From Acidobacteria bacterium RIFCSPLOWO2_12_FULL_68_19 (GTDB lineage: Bacteria > Acidobacteriota > Vicinamibacteria > Vicinamibacterales > UBA2999), in NCBI GenBank assembly GCA_001767525.1, contig MELF01000020.1, forward strand, positions 11,417 through 75,416: DNA of 64,000 nt, in the 5' to 3' direction. This document shows positions 41,966 to 51,124 of the stretch, one piece after another (position 1 is the stretch's first letter; each line of letters starts with the position of its first letter). The position numbers and the translations under genes are program-made. Below the pieces are notes generated by a model. It was not told where the DNA came from and did not search any database. It was given only the letters and a program-made list of their open reading frames with translations.

Positions 41966-44821
41966 TCAGCCGACCGGCCGCCCCTCGGCGTCCCGGACCT
42001 CGAGCGTCCCGAGGTTCAGCTTCCGCAGCTCGGGTTCGATCGTCTTCCGGTCGCCTACCGCAATGACCCTGAGGCGATCCGGGACCAGGTACTTCTTCGC
42101 CGCCTCGAGCGCCTGCTCGGCCGTGACGGCGCCAACCTCCTGGGCGTGCCGGGTGTAGTAGTCGAGCCCCAGGTCGTAGATGAAGACGGTCGAGAAGCTG
42201 TTCACGATGCTGACGCTCGTCTCGAACGCTCCCGGCAGCGAGTTGATGAGCGCGTCCTTGGCCTTGCGGAGCTCCTCGGCGGGCATCGGCTCGGCGATCA
42301 TGCCGGCGATCTCACGGAAGATCTCGGTCACGGCAGGCGCCGTCGCGTCGGTCCTGATGCCGCCGGCGACGACGAACGGTCCTGCACTCCGGCGGAACAT
42401 GAACTGGGAGTAGGCGCCGTAGCTGTAGCCCCGGCGCTCGCGCAGGTTCATGTTGATCCGGCTCGAGAACAAGCCGCCGAGCGCGTTGTTCATCACCTGG
42501 AGCGCGCGGAAGTCCGGCGACGATCGCGGCGCGCCGATGCCCGCGACCCGCACCTGCGTCTGCGGGGTGCCCGGTTTGTCGACGATGACCACGTGCGCGC
42601 GGGTCGTTTCCGGCATGCCGAACGCCGGCCGCACGGCGGCTCCGCGGGGCCACGATCCGAACGCCCGCTCGGCCAGCGTCCGGAGCTCGCCCATGGAGAT
42701 GTCGCCGGCGACGACGAGCGCCGCGTTGTTCGGGGCGAAGTGCTCCTTCCAGAACGCCAGCATTTCGTCGCGCGTCATCGCCTTGTTCGACGCCGACGTG
42801 CCGAGCTCCGTATACCCGTACGGATGGCGCGGACCGTAGAGGACGGCTGCGAGCACCTCGCCCGCCACCTGCGCCGGGCTGTCGCGTTGCTGCACGAGCT
42901 GGGCGAGACGGCTCGCGCGCTGCCGCTCCACTTCATCGTCCGGGAAGGACGGGTTGAGCGCGATGTCGGCCACGAGCGACAGCGTGGCCGGGAACGTCTT
43001 CGACAGCGAGCGCCCGCTGATCGTCGTCGCATCCATGCTGCTGCCGGTGGTCAGCGAGGCGCCGAGCTGCGCCGCCTCGTCGGCGATCTGCAGTGCACTG
43101 CGCGTGGCCGTGCCTTCATCGAGCATCGCCGCCACGAAGTTGGCGAGGCCCGGCCGATCGGCGGGGTTGGCGTCGCTCCCGGTCTTGATCACGAGACTGG
43201 CCGCCACGATGGGAAGTCCGCGCCGCTCGCTCAGCACGAGCGTGAGCCCGTTGGGGAGCACGGTGGAGGCGGGCGTGGCCACCTGCAGCGGACGCGGCCG
43301 ACCGCGCATCGGCACCTCGTTGCGCCACGGCTCGTCGGCGTTGATCGCTTGGCCGCCTTCGCTACGTTGTGCCGCCTGCGCGGGCGTCGGCGCGGGTGCC
43401 TGCACCGACCCCTGCGGCTGACCTGGCACGGCGTGGACCACCACCCGCGCGGGGGTCGTGAGGTAGTCCCGGACGAATGCGTGCACCGACAGAGGTCCCG
43501 CCGCCCGGTATCGCTGGATGTCCTTCTCCAGGTAGTCGGGAGTGCCCAGGTAGTGGTTGTACATGTTCAGCCGGTCGGCGACGCCGCCGAATCCGCCGAG
43601 CCGCTCCAGGCCGCCGATGACGGCGGTCTCGAGCGTGTTGCGCGCCTGCTCGACTTCCGCCGCCAGGGGCGGCCCGGCGCGCAGCGCGGCGAGCTCCTCG
43701 TCGATGGCGCGCTCGAGCTCTTCGGCCGTGTGCCCCGGCCGTGCGGTCGCCTGAATGCGGAACATCGATCCGAGGGTCTGCGATTCCTGAAAGACATTGA
43801 CGGTCTGCGCGATTTGTTTCTCGTAGACGAGCTTCTTGTACAAGCGGCTGGCGCGGCCGCCGCCGAGCACACCAGCGGCGACAACGGCGTCGGCGTCGCC
43901 CGGTGTGAAGACCGCCGGCGTCAGCCACGCCATGTACACGCGCGGCAGCTCGACGCGCGACGGCACGACGCGTCGCCGCTCGGTGGTGATTGGCGGCGTC
44001 TCGGCCTTGATCGGCGGGACCGCCGGCCCGCGCCGCAGCGTGCCGAAGTACTTCTCGACGAGCGTTCTCGTCTCGGCGGTGTCGATGTCGCCCACGATCG
44101 CCAGGCTCGCGTTGTTCGGGGCGTAGTACTGCCGGAAGAACCGATTCACGTCCTCGAGCCGCACTGCCTGGATATCGTCGTGCGACCCGATCACGTTGCC
44201 GTAATACGGATGGCCTGGAGGAAACAGCGTCTGCACCAGCGCCTCCTCGGCCAGTCCGTACGGCTGGTTCTCGACGCTCTGGCGCCGTTCGTTGCGGACG
44301 ACGTCCTGCTGGTTCGAGAGCGCGGGCTGATCGACCTTCTCGAGCAGATAGCCCATGCGGTCGGATTCGAGCCACAGCGCGAGCGCCAGCTGGTCGGCGG
44401 GAACCGTCTCGAAGTAGTTCGTGCGGTCGTAGTCGGTGGTGCCGTTCAACCCTGTCGCGCCCGCCGCCTCGAGCAGCTGGAAGTGGCCGTCGGCGGGCAC
44501 GTGCTTCGACCCCTGGAACATCATGTGCTCGAACAGGTGCGCGAACCCGGTCCGGCCTGGCTCCTCGTTGGCCGGTCCGACGTGATACCAGAGATTGACC
44601 GCCACCATCGGCAGCCGCCGGTCCTGCCGGAGGATCACTTCGAGCCCGTTTGGCAGCGTGTACTTCTCGAAGTCGAGACGGGGGATGGCCACCTCATCGC
44701 GCGGGCGAGATGAGGACCCCGGACCCTCGCCTTGTCCGTGTACGGAGCGTTCGGTCTCAGCCGGGCCGAGCACCACGGCCACGAGGACGAGCAGTATGCG
44801 AAGAGGCGCGCGCGGACGCAT
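41966..44821 (-). CDS. M16-family (pitrilysin/insulinase-like) zinc peptidase, double-unit, secreted
   Basis: 951 aa with signal peptide. Inverted zinc motif HLFEHMMFQGS in the first unit. The second M16-like unit lacks HxxEH. Confidence 0.88.
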   Translation of the reverse strand: MRPRAPLRILLVLVAVVLGPAETERSVHGQGEGPGSSSRPRDEVAIPRLDFEKYTLPNGLEVILRQDRRLPMVAVNLWYHVGPANEEPGRTGFAHLFEHMMFQGSKHVPADGHFQLLEAAGATGLNGTTDYDRTNYFETVPADQLALALWLESDRMGYLLEKVDQPALSNQQDVVRNERRQSVENQPYGLAEEALVQTLFPPGHPYYGNVIGSHDDIQAVRLEDVNRFFRQYYAPNNASLAIVGDIDTAETRTLVEKYFGTLRRGPAVPPIKAETPPITTERRRVVPSRVELPRVYMAWLTPAVFTPGDADAVVAAGVLGGGRASRLYKKLVYEKQIAQTVNVFQESQTLGSMFRIQATARPGHTAEELERAIDEELAALRAGPPLAAEVEQARNTLETAVIGGLERLGGFGGVADRLNMYNHYLGTPDYLEKDIQRYRAAGPLSVHAFVRDYLTTPARVVVHAVPGQPQGSVQAPAPTPAQAAQRSEGGQAINADEPWRNEVPMRGRPRPLQVATPASTVLPNGLTLVLSERRGLPIVAASLVIKTGSDANPADRPGLANFVAAMLDEGTATRSALQIADEAAQLGASLTTGSSMDATTISGRSLSKTFPATLSLVADIALNPSFPDDEVERQRASRLAQLVQQRDSPAQVAGEVLAAVLYGPRHPYGYTELGTSASNKAMTRDEMLAFWKEHFAPNNAALVVAGDISMGELRTLAERAFGSWPRGAAVRPAFGMPETTRAHVVIVDKPGTPQTQVRVAGIGAPRSSPDFRALQVMNNALGGLFSSRINMNLRERRGYSYGAYSQFMFRRSAGPFVVAGGIRTDATAPAVTEIFREIAGMIAEPMPAEELRKAKDALINSLPGAFETSVSIVNSFSTVFIYDLGLDYYTRHAQEVGAVTAEQALEAAKKYLVPDRLRVIAVGDRKTIEPELRKLNLGTLEVRDAEGRPVG

Positions 44822-44825
44822 CGAC

Positions 44826-45449
44826 TCACTCCTTCAGCGGAACGGTATCGAGGCTTGCCCACAGATACCAACACGCCACGGACCGGTAGGGGCGCCACGA
44901 CTCGCCCAGGCGCCTGAGTCGGGTCGCCGAGGGGGCGGTCCGGAGACGATACGCCCGCTGTACCGCTTTGACAATGCCCAGATCGTCGACTGGCAACACA
45001 TCCGGCCGGTGCAGACGAAACATCAGGAACATTTCCGCCGTCCATCGGCCGATGCCTTTGACGCGCGTCAGCGATGCAATCACCTCGTCATCGGACATCG
45101 TGTCGAGTGTCGCGAGCGACAGCACGCCGTCGCCGACGTGGCGGCACAGGTCACGCAGGTAACCGAGCTTCTGGCTGCTGAGGCCGGCGGCGCGGAGCTG
45201 CGCGTCGGCGGTAGCCGCCAAAGTGGCCGCCGTCGGCGCACCGCCGAACAGTGCGGCGACCCGCGCTTCGATCGTCGCCGAGGCTCGCGTCGAGAGCTGC
45301 TGGGAGATGATGGCGTGGACGAGCGCCCGAAACGGGTCCGCGTGCTGCGCGTCGGCCAATCCGCACGGTCCCAAGCGGCGCATCAGGTCGCGCAGCACCG
45401 GATCGCGGCGCGCGAGCAGGCGACGGGCTCTGGCGTAGTCGATCAGCAT
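44826..45449 (-). CDS. DNA-3-methyladenine glycosylase II family (HhH-GPD, AlkA-like)
   Basis: Internal ATG (MLIDYARARR...), chosen because the 5' extension runs into a repeat array. HhH motif LTRVKGIGRWTAEMFLMF...PVDDLG. Confidence 0.8.
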   Translation of the reverse strand: MLIDYARARRLLARRDPVLRDLMRRLGPCGLADAQHADPFRALVHAIISQQLSTRASATIEARVAALFGGAPTAATLAATADAQLRAAGLSSQKLGYLRDLCRHVGDGVLSLATLDTMSDDEVIASLTRVKGIGRWTAEMFLMFRLHRPDVLPVDDLGIVKAVQRAYRLRTAPSATRLRRLGESWRPYRSVACWYLWASLDTVPLKE

Positions 45450-45455
45450 ACTGGG

Positions 45456-45491
45456 CCTTGGGCGTTGGACATTGGGCGTTGGGCGTTGGAC
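45456..45491. repeat. 7-bp array TTGGGCG/TTGGACA
   Basis: CTTGGGCGTTGGACATTGGGCGTTGGGCGTTGGACC, immediately upstream of the glycosylase start. Confidence 0.7.
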
Positions 45492-45518
45492 CCAAGCCCG
45501 TGGTCTGGAGCCCACAGC

Positions 45519-46223
45519 CTATTTCAATTCCGCCGTGAGCGTCACCCGCCCGCGCACTTCGAGCTGCCCGCCCGCAATCGGCGGCCCGTCCGACGCCGGC
45601 AGCGCCTCACGCGCGGCGGCCATCGTCATCGGCGGCGCCAGGATCACGCCGTGCTCCTCGACGCGCCGCACGCGCGCGACGACACGCCCGGCCGCAGCCG
45701 CGGCGACATCCGCTTTCGCGCGCGCGTCCGCAACCGCGAGCCGCAACGCCTCGCGCTCCAGGCGACCGCGATCCTTCACGTCGAAGCGCACACCCCCGAC
45801 GGCGGCGGCGCCCGAGGCAACCGCGATCTCGAGCAGGTCCCCGACGCGCTCGATGGCATCGATGCGGACCTCGATGGTGTTGCGCGCGACGTAGCCTCGT
45901 GACACGCGGCGGTCGTTCACGAAATCCCATTCCTGCTGGAGGTCGTACGCGACCGTCCGAATCGCGTCGGCGGGTACGCCCGCCGCACGCAGCTTGGCCT
46001 GCACGTCGGACATCGCGTCGGCGTTCCGCCGCTGCGCGTCGCGCGGGCTGCCGGCACGCCACTCCGCGGTGATCGCGACAAACGCGCGGTCGGGCGGCGC
46101 CTGCACCACGCCTTCACCCGAGGTCACGACCAGCGCGTCGTCACGCGGCTGTTGCGCCGCGGCCTGGACGGCCGTGAGCAGCAGGACAAGGCCGATCGCC
46201 GGCCCAATGTTCAGTCGAGTCAT
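45519..46223 (-). CDS. SIMPL/DUF541-domain periplasmic protein
   Basis: ATG after GGGAGGA. Signal peptide. Typical GEGVVQAPPDRA... and C-terminal GQLEVRGRVTLTAEL. Confidence 0.8.
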   Translation of the reverse strand: MTRLNIGPAIGLVLLLTAVQAAAQQPRDDALVVTSGEGVVQAPPDRAFVAITAEWRAGSPRDAQRRNADAMSDVQAKLRAAGVPADAIRTVAYDLQQEWDFVNDRRVSRGYVARNTIEVRIDAIERVGDLLEIAVASGAAAVGGVRFDVKDRGRLEREALRLAVADARAKADVAAAAAGRVVARVRRVEEHGVILAPPMTMAAAREALPASDGPPIAGGQLEVRGRVTLTAELK

Positions 46224-46307
46224 AGGGGTTCCTCCCTTGCCGCCGGACACTCCCTATTCTGACGCGGCAGGGCCCGTTCAGGCTGGTCTGCGTGCCACAA
46301 TGTCGCG

Positions 46308-46736
46308 GTGGAGATTTCAGAGGTCCGGAACCGGCTGACGCGGGCGATGGCGGCGGCGCGCGAGCGTGCCCGCCGCCGCCGCGAGCACACCGCCGAGGCG
46401 GAACAGGCCTGGGCGGCGTTTCTCGAGCAGGTGGCAACACCGGTGACCAGACAGGTCGCCAATGCACTCAAGGCCGAAGGGTATCTCTTCACGATGTTCA
46501 CACCCGGCGACGGCTTGCGGCTCGCCGCCGACCGCGGGCGCGACGACTACGTCGAGTTCGTGCTCGACACGACCGCGGATCCGCCACAAGTCGTCGGCCG
46601 CATCAGCCGTACCCGTGGTTCCCGCACGCTCACCGACGAGCGGCCGATCAAGCCCGACGCAGCCCCGGGATCAATCTCCGAGGAGGAGGTCCTCGCGTTC
46701 CTTCTCGACGCGCTGCAGCCGTGGTTGGAGCGCTGA
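46308..46736 (+). CDS. Hypothetical protein (142 aa)
   Basis: GTG-initiated ORF of ordinary amino-acid composition. No family recognised. Its 3' end overlaps the convergent methyltransferase by 66 nt. Confidence 0.45.
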   Translation: MEISEVRNRLTRAMAAARERARRRREHTAEAEQAWAAFLEQVATPVTRQVANALKAEGYLFTMFTPGDGLRLAADRGRDDYVEFVLDTTADPPQVVGRISRTRGSRTLTDERPIKPDAAPGSISEEEVLAFLLDALQPWLER

Positions 46737-47537
46737 CGACCGGCGCGCGAGGTGAATCGCCATCAATCCGCCGAGCAGCGGCACCACGCGGACGTCGGTG
46801 AAGCCTGTCCGCGCCATCAGACTCGCCACCCCCGCCGCGCCGGGGTACAGGCGGATCGATTCGGGAACATAGCGGTAGGTGTCGGGGTCTCCATGAAGGA
46901 CGAGCCCGAGCACCGAGCCGACCACGGTCAGGTAGGTCAAGTACGCCGCTCGAACCAGCGGGTGCCCGGGCCGGTTGAAGTCGAGCGACAGCAGGCGCCC
47001 GCCCGGCGCCAGCACACGGTGAATCTCAGCGAGCGCACGTGGGAGGTCGGACGCATTGCGCAGGCCGTAGCCGGTCGTCACTACGTCGAAGCGCGCGCTC
47101 TCGAACGGCAGGGTCAGCATGTCGGCTTCGACGAGACGCAGGGGGCGAGGCGGCACGGGGACGCCCGTGTCCGCTCGCCCCCTGCTCCCGGCCAATTCGA
47201 GCATCCGGTGCGTGATGTCAACGCCCACCGCGACACCCGCCCGCGCCGCCGCCGCAAAGAACAGGTCGCCCGTACCACAGGCGAGATCGAGCACGCGGTC
47301 TCGCGGGCCGATCGCGGCAAGCGCGATCAGGCGCCGCTTCCAGTGCTGGTCGCGGCCGTACGACAGCACGCGCGTGACGAAGTCGTAGCGCTCGGCAATC
47401 GTCGCAAACAGCCGGCCGACGTGCCGGCGTTTGCCCTCAGGCGTAGAAATCGCCGAACGAAGCGTCACGGCAGGCGTCCTCAACGAGTGGACTGCGCGCG
47501 AAAATGGGGCTACGGGACGCCGATTCGTACGTCCCAT
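46671..47537 (-). CDS. ubiE: Demethylmenaquinone/ubiquinone methyltransferase (UbiE/MenG family); start uncertain
   Basis: Motifs LFATIAERYDFVTRVLSYGRDQHWKR, SAM motif VLDLACGTGD, LAPGGRLLSLDF. Confidence 0.8.
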   Translation of the reverse strand: MGRTNRRPVAPFSRAVHSLRTPAVTLRSAISTPEGKRRHVGRLFATIAERYDFVTRVLSYGRDQHWKRRLIALAAIGPRDRVLDLACGTGDLFFAAAARAGVAVGVDITHRMLELAGSRGRADTGVPVPPRPLRLVEADMLTLPFESARFDVVTTGYGLRNASDLPRALAEIHRVLAPGGRLLSLDFNRPGHPLVRAAYLTYLTVVGSVLGLVLHGDPDTYRYVPESIRLYPGAAGVASLMARTGFTDVRVVPLLGGLMAIHLARRSSALQPRLQRVEKEREDLLLGD

Positions 47538-47651
47538 GACAGCCGCCGAGCCTCGAGCGCTCCACATCGCCTCGAAGCACAGCAGGAATTCGAATTACGG
47601 CCGTGCAAAGCAACGTTACACTAGCCGTAGTCTGGAGAGACACTCCCGGAG

Positions 47652-48317
47652 ATGCTGGCGTCGAGCACCGTCGAGAACTACCTCAAGGCCATCTACCTCG
47701 GTTCGAGCGCGCTGCCTCAACCCGATCGCCTCCTCCCGATGGGACAGCTGGCGTCGAGGCTCGGCGTCGCGCCGGGGACGGCCACCACGATGGTCAAGAC
47801 ACTGGCCGAGTCGGGACTGGTCGAGTACGAGCCGTACACGGGCGTGGCGCTCACGCCGGCTGGCCAGAAGCTCGCGGCGATGGTCGTCCGCCGCCACCGG
47901 GTCGTCGAGATGTTCCTGGTGCAGGTGATGGGCTACGGGTGGGACGAGGTGCACGAGGAGGCCGAACAGCTCGAGCACGTCGTCTCGGATCGTCTGATCG
48001 ACTGTATGGACGAGATGCTCGGCCGCCCGGAAGTCGACCCGCACGGAGATCCCATCCCGAACGCCGAGGGCGTCGAGAAGCCGCAGGCCGTGCAGAGTCT
48101 GCTGACGTGCCCGCTCAACACGCGCGTCACCATCACGCGCGTCGTCGACCAGGACAAGGGCTTCCTCCGCTTCATCGAGAGCCATGACCTCAAGCCGGGC
48201 GAATCGATTGAGGTGGAGAATCGCGACGCCGCGGCCGACAGCGTTCGGGTGCGCGGCAGAGGCGATCGGCGGATCACCATCGGCACGCGCGCCGCGTCGA
48301 AGCTCCTGGTCCAGTAG
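47652..48317 (+). CDS. DtxR/IdeR/MntR-family metal-dependent transcriptional regulator with C-terminal FeoA/SH3-like domain
   Basis: 221 aa, GGAG before the ATG. Motifs ENYLKAIY, LGVAPGTATTMVKTL, HEEAEQLEH, DPHGDPIP. Confidence 0.88.
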   Translation: MLASSTVENYLKAIYLGSSALPQPDRLLPMGQLASRLGVAPGTATTMVKTLAESGLVEYEPYTGVALTPAGQKLAAMVVRRHRVVEMFLVQVMGYGWDEVHEEAEQLEHVVSDRLIDCMDEMLGRPEVDPHGDPIPNAEGVEKPQAVQSLLTCPLNTRVTITRVVDQDKGFLRFIESHDLKPGESIEVENRDAAADSVRVRGRGDRRITIGTRAASKLLVQ

Positions 48318-48384
48318 GCAGTAGGCACGAGAGCAACGCCCGCTGCATGGCCGCGCCACTTGTGAACTGCCTGTCGCCTACTGT

Positions 48385-49572
48385 TCACAACGACCGCAGA
48401 AACGCCAGCAGTTCCTCCCGATCCGCCTGCGACAGGCGATCGAACCCGCGTCGCGCGGTCTCCGCTTCCTCGCGGTGGCGCAGGATCGCCTCGATCATCG
48501 TGGCGGCGCTGCCGTCGTGCAGCAGCGGGCGGCGGAAACGGAGCCCCCAGAGCGCGGGCGTCCGGATCTCCGAAGCGGCAGCGGCGGCCTGCTCGATCCC
48601 ATCGCCGGTGCCGATGTCGTGGAGCAGGAGGTCGGAAAAGAGCGGCACGGGCCGTCGATCGAACAGCGGGTTGCGGCCCGGTCCCGTCGCGAGCGCCGGC
48701 ACATGGCAACTGGCGCAGCCGATGGCCGCGAACGTGCGCTCCCCGGCAAGCGTCGTCGCGTCGACCCGCGCGCGAGCCACCGGCGCCAGGAGTTTCATGA
48801 ACGACTCGAAGTTGTCGATGCCGCGGCGCCGTGTCGCCGGGTCCCTTCGATCTTCGGGATCCGGAATCGGGTCGCAGGACCGCATCTGCGCTGCGGAAAT
48901 CCCGAAGGCCGACTCGTTCGGGAACAGATCGTTGGTGATGCCCATCTCGTTCCGGTAGGCGTCGGCGCCGAAGGCGAGCAGCGTCGCCTGCTGGGCTTTC
49001 CAGCCGAAGCGTCCGACCCGGCGCTCTCCCGTCGCCACGTCGACGATGAGGGCCGCGCGGCCGCTCACGCCGTCGCGGTTGCGGTCCTCCGGGTCTTCCA
49101 GCGCGAGGATCGTCTCGTCGAGGATGGCTTCGACGAGCCCGGCGCCGAATACCGGGATCGGCGCCCGTCTGGCAATCACGTTCACGTCGTCGGGAATCAG
49201 CGGCTGACAGCTGTGCGACGGTATCGACAGCATGTGGATGAGCGTGTCGCCAGCCGCGTTCAGGGCGCGGGCGCTGCCCGCGCCGTTGCGGTACCCCGCG
49301 CGCACCTCGAGAATGACCCCGCCGCCGCCGATGGCAGGCACGTCGTGGCAGACGGCGCAGCTCGTGCCGTTGAAGGCAGGCCCGAGCCCCTCTTCTGCGG
49401 TCTCCACTTCGGTGAAGTCGTCGAGGCCGAGCCGGAACTCGGCGAACTCGGCCGGCGTCAGGCCGGGGAGCGGACCGCCCGGCAGTGCGGGGATGTCCTC
49501 GGTGCGCGCGGCGACCTGCAGGGCCACGATGCAGATCCAGCCGCCCAGCGCCACGAGCAGCGGCCGTCTCAT
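48385..49572 (-). CDS. Dihaem c-type oxidoreductase, DUF1111 (thiol oxidoreductase-like) family
   Basis: 395 aa with signal peptide. CAVCH and CASCH. Family hallmarks GRFGWKAQ and ALWGLRFRRPLLHDG. Confidence 0.8.
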   Translation of the reverse strand: MRRPLLVALGGWICIVALQVAARTEDIPALPGGPLPGLTPAEFAEFRLGLDDFTEVETAEEGLGPAFNGTSCAVCHDVPAIGGGGVILEVRAGYRNGAGSARALNAAGDTLIHMLSIPSHSCQPLIPDDVNVIARRAPIPVFGAGLVEAILDETILALEDPEDRNRDGVSGRAALIVDVATGERRVGRFGWKAQQATLLAFGADAYRNEMGITNDLFPNESAFGISAAQMRSCDPIPDPEDRRDPATRRRGIDNFESFMKLLAPVARARVDATTLAGERTFAAIGCASCHVPALATGPGRNPLFDRRPVPLFSDLLLHDIGTGDGIEQAAAAASEIRTPALWGLRFRRPLLHDGSAATMIEAILRHREEAETARRGFDRLSQADREELLAFLRSL

Positions 49573-49952
49573 GGCGCGTCAGCTCCTGCGGCACCGACGA
49601 CGAGGACGCCGCGCATGAAGTTGTGGCCGGCGCCGCACATGCGGTTGCATTCGAACGTGTAGCGGCCGGGACGGCTGCCGGTGAACCTCGCGACCGCATA
49701 CCCCTTTCCACGCTTCGGGACGAGCACGTTGGTACCGGCGCCGACGATACGGAAGCCGTGCATCGTGTCGTCGCTGCGGATGCGCAGCTCGACTGCCTCG
49801 CCCTCGGCAACCGTGATTTCCGACGGCCAGAACTCGAACCGCTCCGCGGTGATCTCGACGACACGCGGCGTCTGTCCCTGCGTCGGGGCAGCGCCGGGCG
49901 CCGACACGAGGAGGAGCAGCACGATCGCGGCAAAGAGCGCGCGTGCAGACAC
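49569..49952 (-). CDS. Stand-alone cupredoxin with CuA-type ligand pattern
   Basis: GTG start 9 nt after the porin stop. Signal or anchor ALFAAIVLLLLVSAPGAA. H in DDTMHGFRI, plus CNRMCGAGHNFM (C-x3-C-x3-H-x2-M). ATGA overlap with the DUF1111 gene. Confidence 0.7.
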   Translation of the reverse strand: MSARALFAAIVLLLLVSAPGAAPTQGQTPRVVEITAERFEFWPSEITVAEGEAVELRIRSDDTMHGFRIVGAGTNVLVPKRGKGYAVARFTGSRPGRYTFECNRMCGAGHNFMRGVLVVGAAGADAP

Positions 49953-49960
49953 GATGTGCC

Positions 49961-51100
49961 TCAGAACCACCAGCCGAGGCCGAGGTTGACGAGATGCCGG
50001 TTCGGAAACAGACCGCTCCGGTTGCGCAGGTACACGTAGTCGGCTTTGACGGCGATGTCCGGGTCGGGATAGTAGGTGACGCCCGTCACCCACGCATCGC
50101 GGTCGAACTGCTTCAGCGGCACCAGTCCTTCGGGCATCCGGAACTGGGTATCGAAGTTCTCGTATCGCGCGAACGCCACGAGGTCGCGCGGAGGGCCGGC
50201 GTTCCACAGGCGATACGCCGCTTCGCTGTAGAACCCGCGGAGCGTCCTGGCGATGTTCGGCGAGACGCCCGACGTGCGCGAGAGGACGTCGTTGAGCCGG
50301 ACCGCGTCGGCAATCTCGACCTGAGCAAACTGCCACCGCAGCTCGAGGCGGTTGCGGCGGAAGCGGGCGTCGAACTCGCCGACCGTGACGCCGGTGTCCA
50401 GACGGGGCGCCACGAAGCTGCCCTCGCCGGCCCACATGCTGGCGCCGAGCGTCAACGCGCGAATACCGCGGTACTCCACTCGTGCCGTGTACGCGACGTT
50501 CCGGACGTTCGCCTCGGACCCTTTCTGCCGGCCGCCACGAATGCCTTCCTCGGCGGTGAACTCCAGCGCATTCAGCGGCGCTACGACGTAGGCGCGGTAG
50601 CGCCAGCCCGCGCCAAGCTCGCCGTGCACGCCGGCTCCCACGTCGAACCAGGTGCTCGGCACGATGACCGTGTCGACGAACGGCCGCTCGACGCCGTTGA
50701 AGACCGGCGGCTCATGACGCTCGTTGATGATGCCGACCGGCATCAGCAGCATCCCCGCCCGCACGTTCATTGCCCGCGACAGCAGGAAATCGATGTACGC
50801 CTGCTCGAGCTCCAGTTCGCCGCCTTCTTCGAGTCCCTCTACGAACGCATGCTCCAGCTCCAGCTCGCCGACAAAGCGCAGGCGCGGCGAAAAGCCGTGG
50901 TTGAGGATCAGGACAAAGCGGTGGAAGTCGAGCACACCGTTCTCGCCGTCCGCCTTGTTGAAATGAAAATCCATATAGCCGGAAATCGGTCCCGTCGCTG
51001 GATAGCCCTGGTCCGTTTCCTGAGCGGCGGCCGGGGAGGGCGCGAGCACGGCGACAATCGCCGGCAACAGAAACCATAGTTTCTGATGTGCTGAGTTCAT
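49961..51100 (-). CDS. Outer-membrane beta-barrel porin-like protein
   Basis: 379 aa with signal peptide. Alternating amphipathic strands. C-terminal NLGLGWWF (terminal Phe). Confidence 0.7.
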   Translation of the reverse strand: MNSAHQKLWFLLPAIVAVLAPSPAAAQETDQGYPATGPISGYMDFHFNKADGENGVLDFHRFVLILNHGFSPRLRFVGELELEHAFVEGLEEGGELELEQAYIDFLLSRAMNVRAGMLLMPVGIINERHEPPVFNGVERPFVDTVIVPSTWFDVGAGVHGELGAGWRYRAYVVAPLNALEFTAEEGIRGGRQKGSEANVRNVAYTARVEYRGIRALTLGASMWAGEGSFVAPRLDTGVTVGEFDARFRRNRLELRWQFAQVEIADAVRLNDVLSRTSGVSPNIARTLRGFYSEAAYRLWNAGPPRDLVAFARYENFDTQFRMPEGLVPLKQFDRDAWVTGVTYYPDPDIAVKADYVYLRNRSGLFPNRHLVNLGLGWWF

Positions 51101-51124
51101 ATTTTGAATAACAAAAATACTAGG

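Noticed and set aside
41093-44713. 1206-aa ORF on the plus strand
   Set aside because: It is antisense to cysM and the M16 peptidase, both with clear family motifs. Its Arg/Gly/Pro-rich composition and lack of motifs mark it as a high-GC shadow ORF.
46671-46736. 66-nt overlap of convergent genes (methyltransferase tail versus hypothetical 46308..46736) as a regulatory antisense arrangement
   Set aside because: It is more likely that one of the two 3' ends or the hypothetical ORF itself is mis-called. The methyltransferase homology appears to end about 25 codons before its stop.
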